Positions 53,938 to 62,814 of a stretch of 64,000 nucleotides of DNA are shown piece after piece (the stretch's first letter is position 1; each line of letters opens with the position of its first letter). The notes below the pieces were generated by a model. That model saw only the letters and a program-made list of their open reading frames with translations, had not been told where the DNA came from and ran no database searches. This DNA is from Oligoflexia bacterium (lineage in GTDB: Bacteria > Bdellovibrionota > Bdellovibrionia > JABDDW01), in contig JAWXAT010000031.1 in assembly GCA_034439615.1 (NCBI GenBank), positions 67,093-131,092 of the forward strand. The letters are read 5' to 3'. The position numbers and the translations under genes were made by a program.

Positions 53938-54648
53938 TTGGACATACAAAAACTTCCCACTCAGCAAGAGATCCACTACTCACTGAGTCTAAAAGTTGGA
54001 AAAGCAAACGCGTTATTCACATTACAAAAATCTGGACGACAACTTGAGCTTTCATCAGACATAAAAGCAACAGCTTTAGGGTTTTCACTGTTTCAATTCG
54101 CTCAAAAAGCAATTTGGACAGAAAATACTTTTGCTCCTCAGAGTTACGAAGAAGCCGATATTAAAAAGAAAAGAAAAAAGATTTGGCGTTGCGAAGATAA
54201 AAACTCAGTATTTTCTGCTTTTGAAAATGGGCAACAAACAAAACAAAACTCTTTTGAGTTAACCCCAATGAGCTCTGAATATGAAAATCAGCGATACAGC
54301 TTTCTAGACCCGTTAAGCCTTATTTGCGCGCTTCAATGTTCTGAACTTAAAATAGAATCAAAGTTTGTAATACAGGTAATGGCAAAAAATGCATTGGTTT
54401 TTTTAGAGCTTAGTTTTTCACAAGAAAAAATCTCATTAGTAAAAGCTCTCCACCGAGAACCTTCCACGCAGCTTCGTTTAAAAATAAAACTATTAAGCGG
54501 CGAAGTTGGGCCGAGCTTTTCAGTAATCAACGAAGGGCTAATTCAAGTGTGGGTTGATCAACCCACAGGTATAATCTCAGAGTTTGGTGGGCAATATGGA
54601 AGTTACTCACTTGGAACCGGATATTTAGAAAAATATATTAGTAGTTAA
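53938..54648 (+). CDS. Hypothetical protein (236 aa), start uncertain (TTG), 19 nt after atpC
   Basis: Long ORF, no recognised family. Confidence 0.4.
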   Translation: MDIQKLPTQQEIHYSLSLKVGKANALFTLQKSGRQLELSSDIKATALGFSLFQFAQKAIWTENTFAPQSYEEADIKKKRKKIWRCEDKNSVFSAFENGQQTKQNSFELTPMSSEYENQRYSFLDPLSLICALQCSELKIESKFVIQVMAKNALVFLELSFSQEKISLVKALHREPSTQLRLKIKLLSGEVGPSFSVINEGLIQVWVDQPTGIISEFGGQYGSYSLGTGYLEKYISS

Positions 54649-54667
54649 ACTGTATAAGTAATTAAAA

Positions 54668-55237
54668 TTATTTTGGTTCCATACGGACTTTGATTTTACC
54701 ATCAACTTGAACAATTTTTATGCTCAGCTCTTTTCCGCCAGATTTTTCTTGGGCTGTTTTGTATGCAGCAGAAAGTTTTTCTTTAAATTCATGAAGATGT
54801 TCTTTGGTGGCCTGGTGTCCAAGCCCCTTAAGTACCGCTGCATAAGATTCAATGGCTATATCTGCTTCGTCAATATTTTTTGATGTCACTGTGCCCCCTG
54901 CGGTGCCGTAGTTTTCTAGGTTTTTTTCAATTTTCTTCCAAACTGTAAGTATTGTTTGAAGTGATTGTTTAAGGTTTTCAAGCCCAAACTTTGTACCAGC
55001 ATTATGGATTTCAAAAGTTTTTGATTTTTCAATAAAAGCCAATAGGGTTTTTTGATCAGCCTGAATGTGTCTAATTGTTTGCGCGCGCTCTTTTGGTGGC
55101 AGTGTTTTGAAATTATTTGAAAATATTGTCAGAGTTTTTTTTAAAACCGCCGCAAAGGTTTTCATTTTACCAATATCGCGATCAATTTCGTTATCTGATA
55201 CAACGGCCATAGTTTTCCCGACAAAGGTCAGAGGCAC
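54668..55237 (-). CDS. Hypothetical protein (189 aa), helical and Lys-rich
   Basis: ORF with coding-like composition; no recognised family. Confidence 0.45.
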   Translation of the reverse strand: MPLTFVGKTMAVVSDNEIDRDIGKMKTFAAVLKKTLTIFSNNFKTLPPKERAQTIRHIQADQKTLLAFIEKSKTFEIHNAGTKFGLENLKQSLQTILTVWKKIEKNLENYGTAGGTVTSKNIDEADIAIESYAAVLKGLGHQATKEHLHEFKEKLSAAYKTAQEKSGGKELSIKIVQVDGKIKVRMEPK

Positions 55238-55309
55238 ATAAGTCGAACTTCACTCTCAATTGTACATCATAACTTCCATGGAGCGGCGTCCAGATGTTAC
55301 ACTTTTATA

Positions 55310-56209
55310 ATGAGCAGCAAAGGTCTGAGTTTAATATTTTTAGTGCAAGTCATTATATTTTTCTCTCCGATGCTTTTTGCACAAGAAAAAGTAGAAGAAA
55401 ATACATCTGAAGAAGAAATTGCTGCTGAGCAAGATATCACAGAACAAGAAACCGCCGAAGAGCAAACTAGCAATGAAGAAGTTTCAGAGGCCCCTCAAGA
55501 AAAAATTAAAATAACAGAAGCTGTTCCTGAGAGTGACGTTATTGTTGATGAAAACCCGACGAACAATAAAAAATATTCTAAACATTGTAATTGCACATAT
55601 ACAGCCGACACTCCCTACCCACTTAGACGTACTCGTTGGGGTGGATATTTTGGCGTACAATCCGGGCTTTATACACCGGCTAATTACCTTCCAGATTTTA
55701 AACCGGGCCAAACGTTTTCTGCTTATTATGGAGATGAAAAAACACCACTCGGTGAAATTACGTTTGGCTTAAAACTTAATTTTTTTCTTGGAAGTCTTTC
55801 TACAAATTTCACAGGTGGTTACTTTTCGGCTAAAAACTCAAGAGATAATTCAGCTCTAGTTTTGTATCCCCTTACTGGTGGATTACTTTTAGCTTTGGAT
55901 AATATTTTTGATGAACCCTATGTTGTTCCCTATGGTTTATTTGGAGCGTATACAGTTTTTTATAATGAAAAAGTTGGTGGTTTATCAGTAAGCGGAAATT
56001 CAGCAATGGGAATGTTTTATGCCGCCGGCTTAATGTTTCAATTAGATTGGATCGATCAAGACAGTGATTACCATGGCTATGATGATTACGGTTTGGAGAA
56101 TACATTTCTCTTTGTTGAAGCAAGAAGCTTTCTTACCTCGTCAAATTCGAGAGATCCTGATCTCTCAACGCCAATCCAAATTGGTGGCGGACTTAAAGTT
56201 GAATTTTAA
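55310..56209 (+). CDS. Outer-membrane beta-barrel-like protein with acidic N-terminal region
   Basis: 299 aa; signal peptide; alternating aromatic/Gly-rich beta-strand pattern; C-terminal ...GGGLKVEF. Confidence 0.55.
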   Translation: MSSKGLSLIFLVQVIIFFSPMLFAQEKVEENTSEEEIAAEQDITEQETAEEQTSNEEVSEAPQEKIKITEAVPESDVIVDENPTNNKKYSKHCNCTYTADTPYPLRRTRWGGYFGVQSGLYTPANYLPDFKPGQTFSAYYGDEKTPLGEITFGLKLNFFLGSLSTNFTGGYFSAKNSRDNSALVLYPLTGGLLLALDNIFDEPYVVPYGLFGAYTVFYNEKVGGLSVSGNSAMGMFYAAGLMFQLDWIDQDSDYHGYDDYGLENTFLFVEARSFLTSSNSRDPDLSTPIQIGGGLKVEF

Positions 56210-56393
56210 AAAGCGATAAACAAATATCTGTAGTAGGCTCGTCTCCGGCATCATCACTATCGGGATCTCTTGTTGTATCTGCGAGGCTAATTTGAGAAAT
56301 TACAAGTAGTGACGTAAAAACCGAAGCTAAAACCACTAAGCGGTATTTGTTTATCAACCTTCGCACCAACGTACCCATACTAATATTATACCG

Positions 56394-59300
56394 TTAAAAC
56401 AGAATTTTTTTAAGCCCCTTTAACTCTTCTAAAATAGGCGGCCAACCTACTGAATTCATGCGGATTATTAGCTTCTGATCGGGAGTAATTTGATATTTTT
56501 TAGAATCGTTTATAGCAAGCTTTATAACCGCTTCTGGCTTCACTTTGGTGGCATTGGTAAATACAAGGGAGAGGTTTTTAGGTCCACTAGAAATGTCTCT
56601 TACGCCAAGGTCTTTACAGAATTTGCGTATAAGCATAACACCAAAAAGATTAGTTACCTGCTCAGGCATTTGACCGAAGCGATCTACAAGCTCTAATTCG
56701 ATTCGATCTAAATCACCTTCATCTGTGATTTCGCTAAGGGCCTTGTAATACGCAAGTCTAATGCGAATATCTTCAATATATGAATCAGGAAATAACGCGG
56801 GAATTCGAAGGTTAATTTCTGGTTCTATTTCTTCTTCTTGAGATTCACCCTTGGCCTCTGAAAGCGCTTGTTCTAAGAGCTCCATATAAAGTTCATAGCC
56901 CACAGCTGCAATGTGGCCAGATTGATCATCGCCTAAAATATTGCCACTGCCTCTGAGTTCTAAATCATGATGAGCGATGTGAAAGCCACTTCCAAGATCG
57001 GTGTATTCTTGAATAATTTTTAATCTTTCAAGTGCGGTTTTATCTACCACGCCTTGAGGCGGAATAAGTAGGTAAGCATAGGCGCGTTCTTTACTTCGCC
57101 CCACGCGCCCTCTGAGTTGATAAAGTTGAGAAAGACCAAAGGTATCTGCGCGGTCTATAATGATGGTATTAGCGGTTGGAATATCGAGACCCGATTCAAT
57201 AATGGTTGTGCAAATTAGTACGTCAAATTCATGGTTGTAAAAATCAAGCATCGTGCGCTCAAGTTCATCATCTGGCATTTGTCCGTGAGCAACGCGCATT
57301 TTTACATCTGGAGCAATTTGTCTGATTTGATCAGCAAAACCATAAATAGATTGAACGCGATTATGAATGAAAAAAACCTGGCCACCACGTTTTACTTCTC
57401 CAGTGATTGCTTTTCGAATTGTTTCGTCATCAAAGCGACTAATAAACGTTCGTATACTCATGCGATCTTCTGGAGGTGTGTTAATGATTGAAAGATCTCT
57501 TATTCCCATGAGTCCCATATTGAGTGTGCGAGGTATTGGTGTGGCACTCAAAGTAAGTACGTCTACTTGAGAGCGCATGCGTTTGATTTTTTCTTTATGG
57601 GTGACGCCAAATTTTTGTTCTTCATCAACAACGAGAAGCCCAAGATCTTTAAAAGAAATGTCTTTTGATAAAAGTCTGTGGGTACCGATGAGTATGTCGA
57701 GCTTTCCCTCTTGAAGGTTGAGTAGGTCTTTTTTCACCTGTGCCGGTGTTGAGAATCGACTGATCATTCCTACGGATACTGCTACGTCTTGAAATCTTTT
57801 TTTGAAATTTTGGAAATGTTGAAAAGCTAAAATAGTTGTTGGCACAAGGACAGCGACTTGTTTTTTATCTTGCACAGCCTTATATGCCGCTCTGATGGCG
57901 ACCTCAGTTTTTCCAAATCCAACATCTCCACACACGAGGCGATCCATGGGGCTGTTTTTTTGCATGTCATCAAGTACGTCTTCGATAGCCTTTGCTTGAT
58001 CAGGAGTTTCATCAAAAGGAAATGTCGCTTCAAATTCTCTAAAGTCATCATCTGGCTGTGAAAAAGAATAACCTGGAGTAGACGCGCGTCTCGAGTAGAG
58101 GGCCAAGAGATCACTAGCAAGATCTTTAAGCGAGCTTCTAACTTTGATTTTAGCTTTTTGCCAAGAAGTTGAACCCAGCCTGTCAATAATTGCGGAGCCA
58201 CCGACGCCTGAAAATTTTTGAATTTGAGCGATGCGATAGACGGGTAGATAGAGTTTGTCGTTATCTTTGTATTTAAGTTGAATGAATTCGTTTTCAACTC
58301 CTTGAACGGCGATTTTTTTAAGCCCCTCGTAAACACCAACCCCATGAAGTGTGTGGGCGATTAAATCCCCAGGATTTAGATCTCCAAAACTTAAAGATCT
58401 TGTTCTTTGATCAAGAGTTCCTTTAGATTTTTTTTGTTCACGATGAACCCGTGATCCAAAAATATCTTCTTCTCGTAAAAAAATTAGTTTCTCATCAACA
58501 AAGCGGGCGCTACTTGTAAGAGGGCGTGAAATAATATGAATTAGATTTTGTTGGGCACTTTGCATTTTACGCCAAGTGCTCCATTGAATTTCTTGATCTT
58601 CAATGATTTCTGCAGCAGCCCCATGACTTTCAAAAAGATATTTAATTCGTTGAGCTTGGGTTTGAGTTCCTGTCCAGAGAAAGCAGTGGTAACCATCGTT
58701 TTTCCAGCTAAGAATTTTATCTACAGCGGGTTGAATGAAATCTTTTTTTGATTCCCGTGCGGCCCTAACAACGGTTGAGAGTTCTGAAACATCAAATACC
58801 TTACAAGAAATAACTTCTGTTTCAGCAGAGGTTTGATCTTCGAGATGTACTTGATTAATTTTTATTGAGATGTTTTGTGTGAGAGTTGTAAAGCTCTCAA
58901 GTGAAACGTAAAGATCAGTTGGGTCAGGAGCTGCGTTTTGGCTTTTGATTTGTTCGCGAAATTTATCGCGATACTGTTCAAAGAGACCATCGGCTGATCT
59001 GGTGATTTCCATCGCATCTAACCAAAAAACTTGAGGCGTCGGTTTAAACACCTCTAAAGGACTTTGCGCATTTTCATAAAAACTAGAAACCCAGTAATCA
59101 ATGCCGTGGGGGAAAATACCCTGATCTAGTGGCAATGTGAGAGATTCACGAATATCTTTTTTAACACCGTGTTCATCACAGAGAATTTTGATATTTTTCT
59201 TGGCACGCTCAATGGAGTCTTTTGACAAAATGATCTCGCGAGCGGGTGTTACGACAGCAGTTGGGGCTTCTTCTTCAGAGCGTTGTGATTGAATATCAAA

Positions 59301-59909
59301 AAATCTTATACTCTCAATTTGATCTCCAAAAAGCTCAAGACGAATTGGATGTGCATGTGCAGGGCTAAATATATCAAGAATATCACCGCGCCTTGAAAAA
59401 GTTCCACCATCTTCTACTAGTGGTGTGGCTTCATATCCACATTCACCAAGTTGCCTACACAACGTATCAAGATCTATTTCTTCACCTTTTTTAAGGACGA
59501 CTTCATATTTAGAAAATATTTCGATAGGTACTGTTTTTTGAAGAAGCGCTTCAATGCCTGAAATAAAAACTTCATTTGCTTTTGCTTTTTGAGCGCGCCA
59601 TAAAAAATGAGTGCGCGATTGTATACAAGTGTTACTTGGGTAAAGCCCTGAGTATGGAGATTCATCAAAGGGTTCAAGTAAAATGGGTTTTTGATTTGGA
59701 AATAGCGCTGAAAGATCATGTGCCAAGGCCAGGGCGATCTTGTGGTTCGGGCAAATAATAAGTCTTGATTTTTGAGGCTTATGATCTTGACCTAAAAGCC
59801 AGGCCAAAAAAGTTGGTTGTGTGCAACCAACCATACTGATCTGAGATTTGTGAGAGTCCAAAGCTCTATTGAGAGATGATAAGATGGGGCTTAGCTCAGT
59901 CGAACTCAT
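56394..59909 (-). CDS. mfd: Transcription-repair coupling factor Mfd
   Basis: 1171 aa; UvrB-homology, RNAP-interaction and SF2 translocase motifs (GDVGFGKTEVA, DEEQKFG). Confidence 0.95.
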   Translation of the reverse strand: MSSTELSPILSSLNRALDSHKSQISMVGCTQPTFLAWLLGQDHKPQKSRLIICPNHKIALALAHDLSALFPNQKPILLEPFDESPYSGLYPSNTCIQSRTHFLWRAQKAKANEVFISGIEALLQKTVPIEIFSKYEVVLKKGEEIDLDTLCRQLGECGYEATPLVEDGGTFSRRGDILDIFSPAHAHPIRLELFGDQIESIRFFDIQSQRSEEEAPTAVVTPAREIILSKDSIERAKKNIKILCDEHGVKKDIRESLTLPLDQGIFPHGIDYWVSSFYENAQSPLEVFKPTPQVFWLDAMEITRSADGLFEQYRDKFREQIKSQNAAPDPTDLYVSLESFTTLTQNISIKINQVHLEDQTSAETEVISCKVFDVSELSTVVRAARESKKDFIQPAVDKILSWKNDGYHCFLWTGTQTQAQRIKYLFESHGAAAEIIEDQEIQWSTWRKMQSAQQNLIHIISRPLTSSARFVDEKLIFLREEDIFGSRVHREQKKSKGTLDQRTRSLSFGDLNPGDLIAHTLHGVGVYEGLKKIAVQGVENEFIQLKYKDNDKLYLPVYRIAQIQKFSGVGGSAIIDRLGSTSWQKAKIKVRSSLKDLASDLLALYSRRASTPGYSFSQPDDDFREFEATFPFDETPDQAKAIEDVLDDMQKNSPMDRLVCGDVGFGKTEVAIRAAYKAVQDKKQVAVLVPTTILAFQHFQNFKKRFQDVAVSVGMISRFSTPAQVKKDLLNLQEGKLDILIGTHRLLSKDISFKDLGLLVVDEEQKFGVTHKEKIKRMRSQVDVLTLSATPIPRTLNMGLMGIRDLSIINTPPEDRMSIRTFISRFDDETIRKAITGEVKRGGQVFFIHNRVQSIYGFADQIRQIAPDVKMRVAHGQMPDDELERTMLDFYNHEFDVLICTTIIESGLDIPTANTIIIDRADTFGLSQLYQLRGRVGRSKERAYAYLLIPPQGVVDKTALERLKIIQEYTDLGSGFHIAHHDLELRGSGNILGDDQSGHIAAVGYELYMELLEQALSEAKGESQEEEIEPEINLRIPALFPDSYIEDIRIRLAYYKALSEITDEGDLDRIELELVDRFGQMPEQVTNLFGVMLIRKFCKDLGVRDISSGPKNLSLVFTNATKVKPEAVIKLAINDSKKYQITPDQKLIIRMNSVGWPPILEELKGLKKILF

Positions 59910-60843
59910 GGCGCAATTCTCTATTCATTAAACCCATGAGCGCATCTTTTGGAGCAAGATGTTTATTTACGATGGCGTTGATGGTTTCTAATATGGGCGC
60001 TCTGATTTTTTTCTTTTGGCAAAGTTTATGAGCTACTTCTGTTGTCCACAAACCCTCAACGGTACCTAATGCAGATAAAAGATCTTTAGAAGTAAGGTCT
60101 TTTGCTAAACCCAAACCGTAACGAAAATTACGGCTTTGTGGACTCGAACATGTCAAAACGAGATCGCCAACACCTGCGAGTCCAAAAAATGTCAGATGTT
60201 TTCCACCAAGTGATTTGCCAATGCGGCTCATTTCTGCAAGTGATCGGGTAATTAATGCGGCCTTTGCATTGCTTTGAAGTCCCAGTCCGGAAGCCAGGCC
60301 AGTCGCAATTGCGTAAATATTTTTAAAGGCTCCGCTTATTTCAACGCCCAAAGGATCATTACTTTTATAGAGTCGCAATTGAGGTGTTGAAAGCTTTAAT
60401 GCAAGCTTGTCGGTTATAGATTTTTGTTTTCCGGCCAAGACTAGCGCTGTTGGTTGGCCCTTTAAAAGTTCAGAGGCAAAGGATGGGCCGGATAAAGCAA
60501 AAAGTGGCGGGTGAGATTTTCCAAGGTTTTTATGCAAATACTGAGTGGCTGTAGAATTGTCTTCGCGCACCAAACCCTTTGCTGTTGAGACTATGGCGTT
60601 TACAGACTTGAGAGATGCACCGCGTTGCTCTAAGAGTGTGGGTAACATTTGTGTGGGTACACATATGATAACGATTTTTTGGATTTTAGAAGACGACGAT
60701 AGGGTGGGCCAAGGGTCGTTTTCGCGAACTCGAAATACACGGGTGCCTTTGTGATTTTCATAAATTTGAGCAAGAGCAGATCCGAACTGCCCAATACCAA
60801 TGATAACAATCTCCACGCTGACTCCTTGACAAGTACATGACAA
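59896..60843 (-). CDS. gpsA: NAD(P)H-dependent glycerol-3-phosphate dehydrogenase
   Basis: 315 aa; N-terminal Rossmann IIGIGQFGSALAQ. Confidence 0.9.
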   Translation of the reverse strand: MSCTCQGVSVEIVIIGIGQFGSALAQIYENHKGTRVFRVRENDPWPTLSSSSKIQKIVIICVPTQMLPTLLEQRGASLKSVNAIVSTAKGLVREDNSTATQYLHKNLGKSHPPLFALSGPSFASELLKGQPTALVLAGKQKSITDKLALKLSTPQLRLYKSNDPLGVEISGAFKNIYAIATGLASGLGLQSNAKAALITRSLAEMSRIGKSLGGKHLTFFGLAGVGDLVLTCSSPQSRNFRYGLGLAKDLTSKDLLSALGTVEGLWTTEVAHKLCQKKKIRAPILETINAIVNKHLAPKDALMGLMNRELRHEFD

Positions 60844-60900
60844 GATTGAGTTAATCTATGAGTTCAGAGTAAGTTTACGCAATTCAAATATTGAGGCCGC

Positions 60901-61233
60901 ATGGTTTATATTTTCGGGTACATTCTAGCATGCTTCGTTACCGTCGTCGGTCTCTGTTATGCGCTTGCGAGTCTTTATAGTAAATCTCAATTACAGCCAA
61001 AGTTGCGAATTAAAAAAAAGCCGCCTTCACTCAGTTCACGGGTCATCATTTCATTTTCAGTTATATTGCCTTTTTCAGCGTTGTCTTTTGTCTTTATGAA
61101 CTTCACCGCGATGAAAATGGCTCAGAGCTTGGCTCGTGAGGGTCATATAGAATTTGTTTTAGCCTCACTTATTATTCCTTCAGTATGTTTTTTATTGGGG
61201 TATTTGTACTTTAAGCGTGTGGTGCGCCTATGA
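60901..61233 (+). CDS. Small integral membrane protein (gene 1 of overlapping membrane operon)
   Basis: 110 aa, 3 predicted TM; GAGG RBS. Confidence 0.5.
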   Translation: MVYIFGYILACFVTVVGLCYALASLYSKSQLQPKLRIKKKPPSLSSRVIISFSVILPFSALSFVFMNFTAMKMAQSLAREGHIEFVLASLIIPSVCFLLGYLYFKRVVRL

Positions 61234-62144
61234 ATCCAGAGTCATTTGTTCAAGGGTTTTTGGGCTTTTTTAAAGTTACAAGCTTGCTGCTTATTATTTT
61301 AGAAATAAGTTTATTGATCGAAGAGTTTTTTAAAAACCGCATTGAATTTCGCAAAGGTTTCACAGGAACTAAATCTAGCATTGCAAAAACACTTCAGCGT
61401 CACGCCCTTAAGGTGTTGCGTATGGAGGGAGATCTTAAGGCTCATTTCGGTACAGCGCTGGGTTGCACTTTTATTTTTTTAACTGCTGGTTTGTTGCCTG
61501 TTTGGTCAAATGAAATTGTATTGCATGCTCCCCATTCACTTTGGGTTTTTTTAGGCATGAGTATGATTGGCCCCACGTTAGCGCTGATTTTTCAATGGAC
61601 TCAAAAGAGTGGCTCTGGTTGGCCTTTTGTTCTTAGTCATGCAGAGCGATCAATTGGCAGTGCAACAGTATTATTTATTCTAGGAATAGCACTTGTAGCA
61701 ATGACAGGTTCTGACTCATTTTCTGAAATTCAAAAGTCACAAGAAGCAGGTGGAGGGCTTGTTTTTCAATATCCATTAAGCATTATTCTTATGTTTGCAC
61801 TGGTTGTAATTAATTTATTTCTTTCATTTCAAACGATGTTTTCAAAATCAGACACAGAAGTAAAACACCATGGGTGGACACTCGACGATCTTATTCCCCA
61901 CCTGAGGCGTACGATCTGGAGCCTTTTTATTGTTGATACTTTTTTAGGTGGTGCCCATGGAGTTATGGGAAATGGATTATTAATTCTAAAATGCGTTATT
62001 CTAAATGTGAGTTCTGAAGTTTTGTCGTGTTTATTTGTGAGGCTTCGCGAAGATCAGGCTGAATCATTTATTTTGTGGAAACTCACGCCTATTTCAATAT
62101 TAATTTTAACCCTCTCACTTTTCTTGCCGAGTGGGTGTACATGA
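61230..62144 (+). CDS. Polytopic membrane protein (gene 2), faint NuoH/HycD-like features
   Basis: 304 aa, about 8 TM; ATGA overlap with gene 1. Confidence 0.55.
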   Translation: MNPESFVQGFLGFFKVTSLLLIILEISLLIEEFFKNRIEFRKGFTGTKSSIAKTLQRHALKVLRMEGDLKAHFGTALGCTFIFLTAGLLPVWSNEIVLHAPHSLWVFLGMSMIGPTLALIFQWTQKSGSGWPFVLSHAERSIGSATVLFILGIALVAMTGSDSFSEIQKSQEAGGGLVFQYPLSIILMFALVVINLFLSFQTMFSKSDTEVKHHGWTLDDLIPHLRRTIWSLFIVDTFLGGAHGVMGNGLLILKCVILNVSSEVLSCLFVRLREDQAESFILWKLTPISILILTLSLFLPSGCT

Positions 62145-62539
62145 AAAAATCAACATATATTCTAGGTTGTATACTCATGGTTATCGACGTGGTGATCAAT
62201 GTCATCATTATGGTTTATGAATCGACAATTTTGGGAATGTTTTCACTTATAGCGGGGATATTGGTTTTTTCTTGTGGAATGATTTGGCTCATTCATCGCG
62301 ATGATGAGGAGTTGCATATAAAAAATCTATTTCTTATTTTTCCTATGGGTTTACTTTGTTTTGCGTTTGTAAAAATGCTTGAACAGGGGGGTCTTACCTT
62401 TCAATCGAATCCAGAGAGCCTTCAAGAGGTTGGAAGTATCTTTATGGCGCAGTATCAGGCGGGTTTGTGGTTGTCGGCCGCCATTTCGCTTATGGTTTTT
62501 GTAATGGCGGGAGCCCTCATGGTGCGGAGGCGGGGATGA
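62141..62539 (+). CDS. Membrane protein (gene 3), NuoJ-like size and C-terminal helix pattern
   Basis: 133 aa from ATG 62141 (ATGA overlap with gene 2 stop); track ORF starts upstream at 62075 inside gene 2. Confidence 0.5.
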   Translation: MKKSTYILGCILMVIDVVINVIIMVYESTILGMFSLIAGILVFSCGMIWLIHRDDEELHIKNLFLIFPMGLLCFAFVKMLEQGGLTFQSNPESLQEVGSIFMAQYQAGLWLSAAISLMVFVMAGALMVRRRG

Positions 62540-62814
62540 TTTTATTCATCGTAATTGTGATGATGGTTGCTTTGGGAGTTATATATTGCGTGCGCCATTT
62601 TTTCGTACAATTGATAGCCTTAAAGCTTTTTATAGACTCACTTGTTTTTGTACTTATGAGTTTAAAAAAACCGGAGCAATATAATTTCAACTCGCAAGCG
62701 GCCGCATGGTTTATTGCAGCATTTGGTTGCATGATGATTTTTGTATTAATGGCCGCGGGAACAAAACGGTTTTCACATTCAGAGAATCTAGATCTAGAGA
62801 GTGACAGTGAGTGA
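62536..62814 (+). CDS. Small 3-TM membrane protein (gene 4), NuoK/MrpC-like architecture
   Basis: 92 aa from ATG 62536 (ATGA overlap with gene 3 stop). Confidence 0.5.
   Translation: MILFIVIVMMVALGVIYCVRHFFVQLIALKLFIDSLVFVLMSLKKPEQYNFNSQAAAWFIAAFGCMMIFVLMAAGTKRFSHSENLDLESDSE

Noticed and set aside
56193-56378. 61-aa ORF (-) overlapping the 3' end of the outer membrane protein gene
   Set aside because: It is short, overlaps a better-supported gene, and has only a weak signal-peptide-like start. It is probably spurious.
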